Source: Vicugna vicugna (Eukaryota). Taken from it: a stretch of DNA of 64,000 nt. This document shows positions 62,601-64,000 of the stretch, one piece after another. The DNA is taken from assembly GCA_013265495.1 (NCBI GenBank), contig MU058456.1, forward strand, positions 558,001 to 622,000, in the 5' to 3' direction. Under the pieces are notes generated by a model. That model saw only the letters and a list, made by a program, of their open reading frames with translations, ran no database searches and was not told the DNA's origin. Position 1 is the stretch's first letter, and each line of letters starts with the position of its first letter. Both the position numbers and the translations under genes were made by a program.

Positions 62601-64000
62601 TCTGGTCCAAGGGTAGTAAGCTGATTTATTTCTTAAACCAGGGAATTTAAGTTCTATTAAATGCATATCTGAAGATTATGGTTGAAGGAATTGATGAAGC
62701 TGGCCTTGTAAAGATACATTTCTCTGATTATTTTCAAAAAACTGCAGGTCTCTCCTGTGTTCTCTGCAGGATAACTTGTAAGGCGTGAAGCTTGTTTGAA
62801 ATGAAAGTTTATGGGGAAACGATAATATGGTGTTTTCAATATGAAGTAAACTTTTAGGTGTGATGTCATTAAACAATAAAAAGTAAAAAGGCAACCAGAA
62901 AAGAGAACCCCAATTCCTTTCTTTTCATTCGTCTCATTGGATCATACAGAAACCTCATGAGCCTGCTTTTTGTATCAGATACGCAGTTTCCTTCCTCTTG
63001 GATGACATGACATTTTGTGTACCGTGTATCACAGTGCCTGTGTATTTGGACCTTCAGAATTTGGACATCTATTTTACTGAATATATTATTAATATTGCTA
63101 TCATTTATTTGGCTTTGCTGAATTTTGCTGTTTCTCCAGGTGTAACAAAGTTAGAGGATGCCTGTTGGGCCTCTCACATTTTTGCTTCCTCGCCCCATCG
63201 GTGAAACACTCAGAGTATGTACTCCCTAATGAGTAAATGTATTTTCAAATGATTTACATGTAGTTAGAGGGGGTAGTACCAATATCTTAACAGAGCTGTG
63301 AATCTCCACTAGGAAACCATTAGAGAGGACATTTACTGTGGGGTTTCAGCAGGGGCCTGGAGGCTGCTCCCTTTGCCAGGGTTAACCATTTAGCTGCCAT
63401 ATCCCGGAGAGGAACAGGGAGTCCTGGGGTAGGGGATGGCAGTGCTTGAGGCAATGGCTGTTTGGTAACCTGGAAGGAAGTATTTTAGCCACCAGAGCTG
63501 GTGCATATCAGCTGAATATCAGCCTGAACGTCAACTTATGAAATGTACTAAAACCAACCAAAAAAAGGAGACATAAAAAATGGAAACTAGTATTGTAATT
63601 TTTTTCCTGAACCACATTTGATCATATTGTATACCCCTGGGTGCCCATATTCTAGCTCGTAGATCCCTGGAATAAACTACAGGGTCTGCTTTGTAAGCCT
63701 GCTGAGGTAGAGCTTTATTGACTAAAAAGAGTTTTGAATATTCTGTGAGGTTGCCTTTTCTTTTTCAGAAAGGTTTATTGTATTTTACTTAAAAGTGGAA
63801 GAAATAGCAGATCTTTGCTATTCCTGTCATTAACTGCCACTAAATTGACACAAATGTTAACAACTATTGTGAGACCTGTTTCCAAGTCAATTATGTTAAT
63901 TAGAATGTAACGTGCCAATAAATGCATGTATTCAAACATGATACCATCACTTTTTGTGTTTTCTTCTCCAGATGTAAGACATTCATTTATTTGCTGCTTG

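Noticed and set aside
294..63204. The many 60-170 aa ORFs in the six-frame track (e.g. 8592-9104, 15154-15510, 34769-35149, 41710-42081)
   Set aside because: No recognisable domains, many non-ATG starts, many overlap repeats; lengths are what intronic DNA gives by chance.
1..64000. Prokaryote-type systems (CRISPR arrays, operons, defence islands) or a new multi-gene system
   Set aside because: The sequence is mammalian intron with two spliced exons. I saw no regularly spaced repeat-spacer array and no long non-repeat ORF.

Overview
Mammalian genomic DNA, most likely from a camelid (alpaca/camel-type tRNA-derived SINEs and L1 3' ends; taxon is an inference). The window lies entirely inside the MAST4 gene (microtubule-associated serine/threonine kinase 4) on the + strand. 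It contains two coding exons, 25759-25912 (154 nt) and 51489-51613 (125 nt), which match my recollection of MAST4 exons 2 and 3 and splice in frame; the rest is intronic. The introns hold the usual repeats: young and old LINE-1, L2, MIR, lineage SINEs, MaLR and ERV1 solo LTRs, and DNA transposon MITEs. A 216-N gap is flanked by a ~1 kb duplication that looks like an assembly artefact. Almost all ORFs in the track are chance ORFs or L1 ORF2 remnants. I found no convincing evidence of a new biological system. The best leads are all unverified splicing hypotheses: an in-frame candidate cassette exon with a hydrophobic segment (14471-14638), a recursive-splice or stop-microexon motif (23290-23301), and a frame-preserving exon 2-3 module that could circularise without a stop codon. 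Repeat subfamily names and most repeat boundaries come from visual recognition and are approximate.
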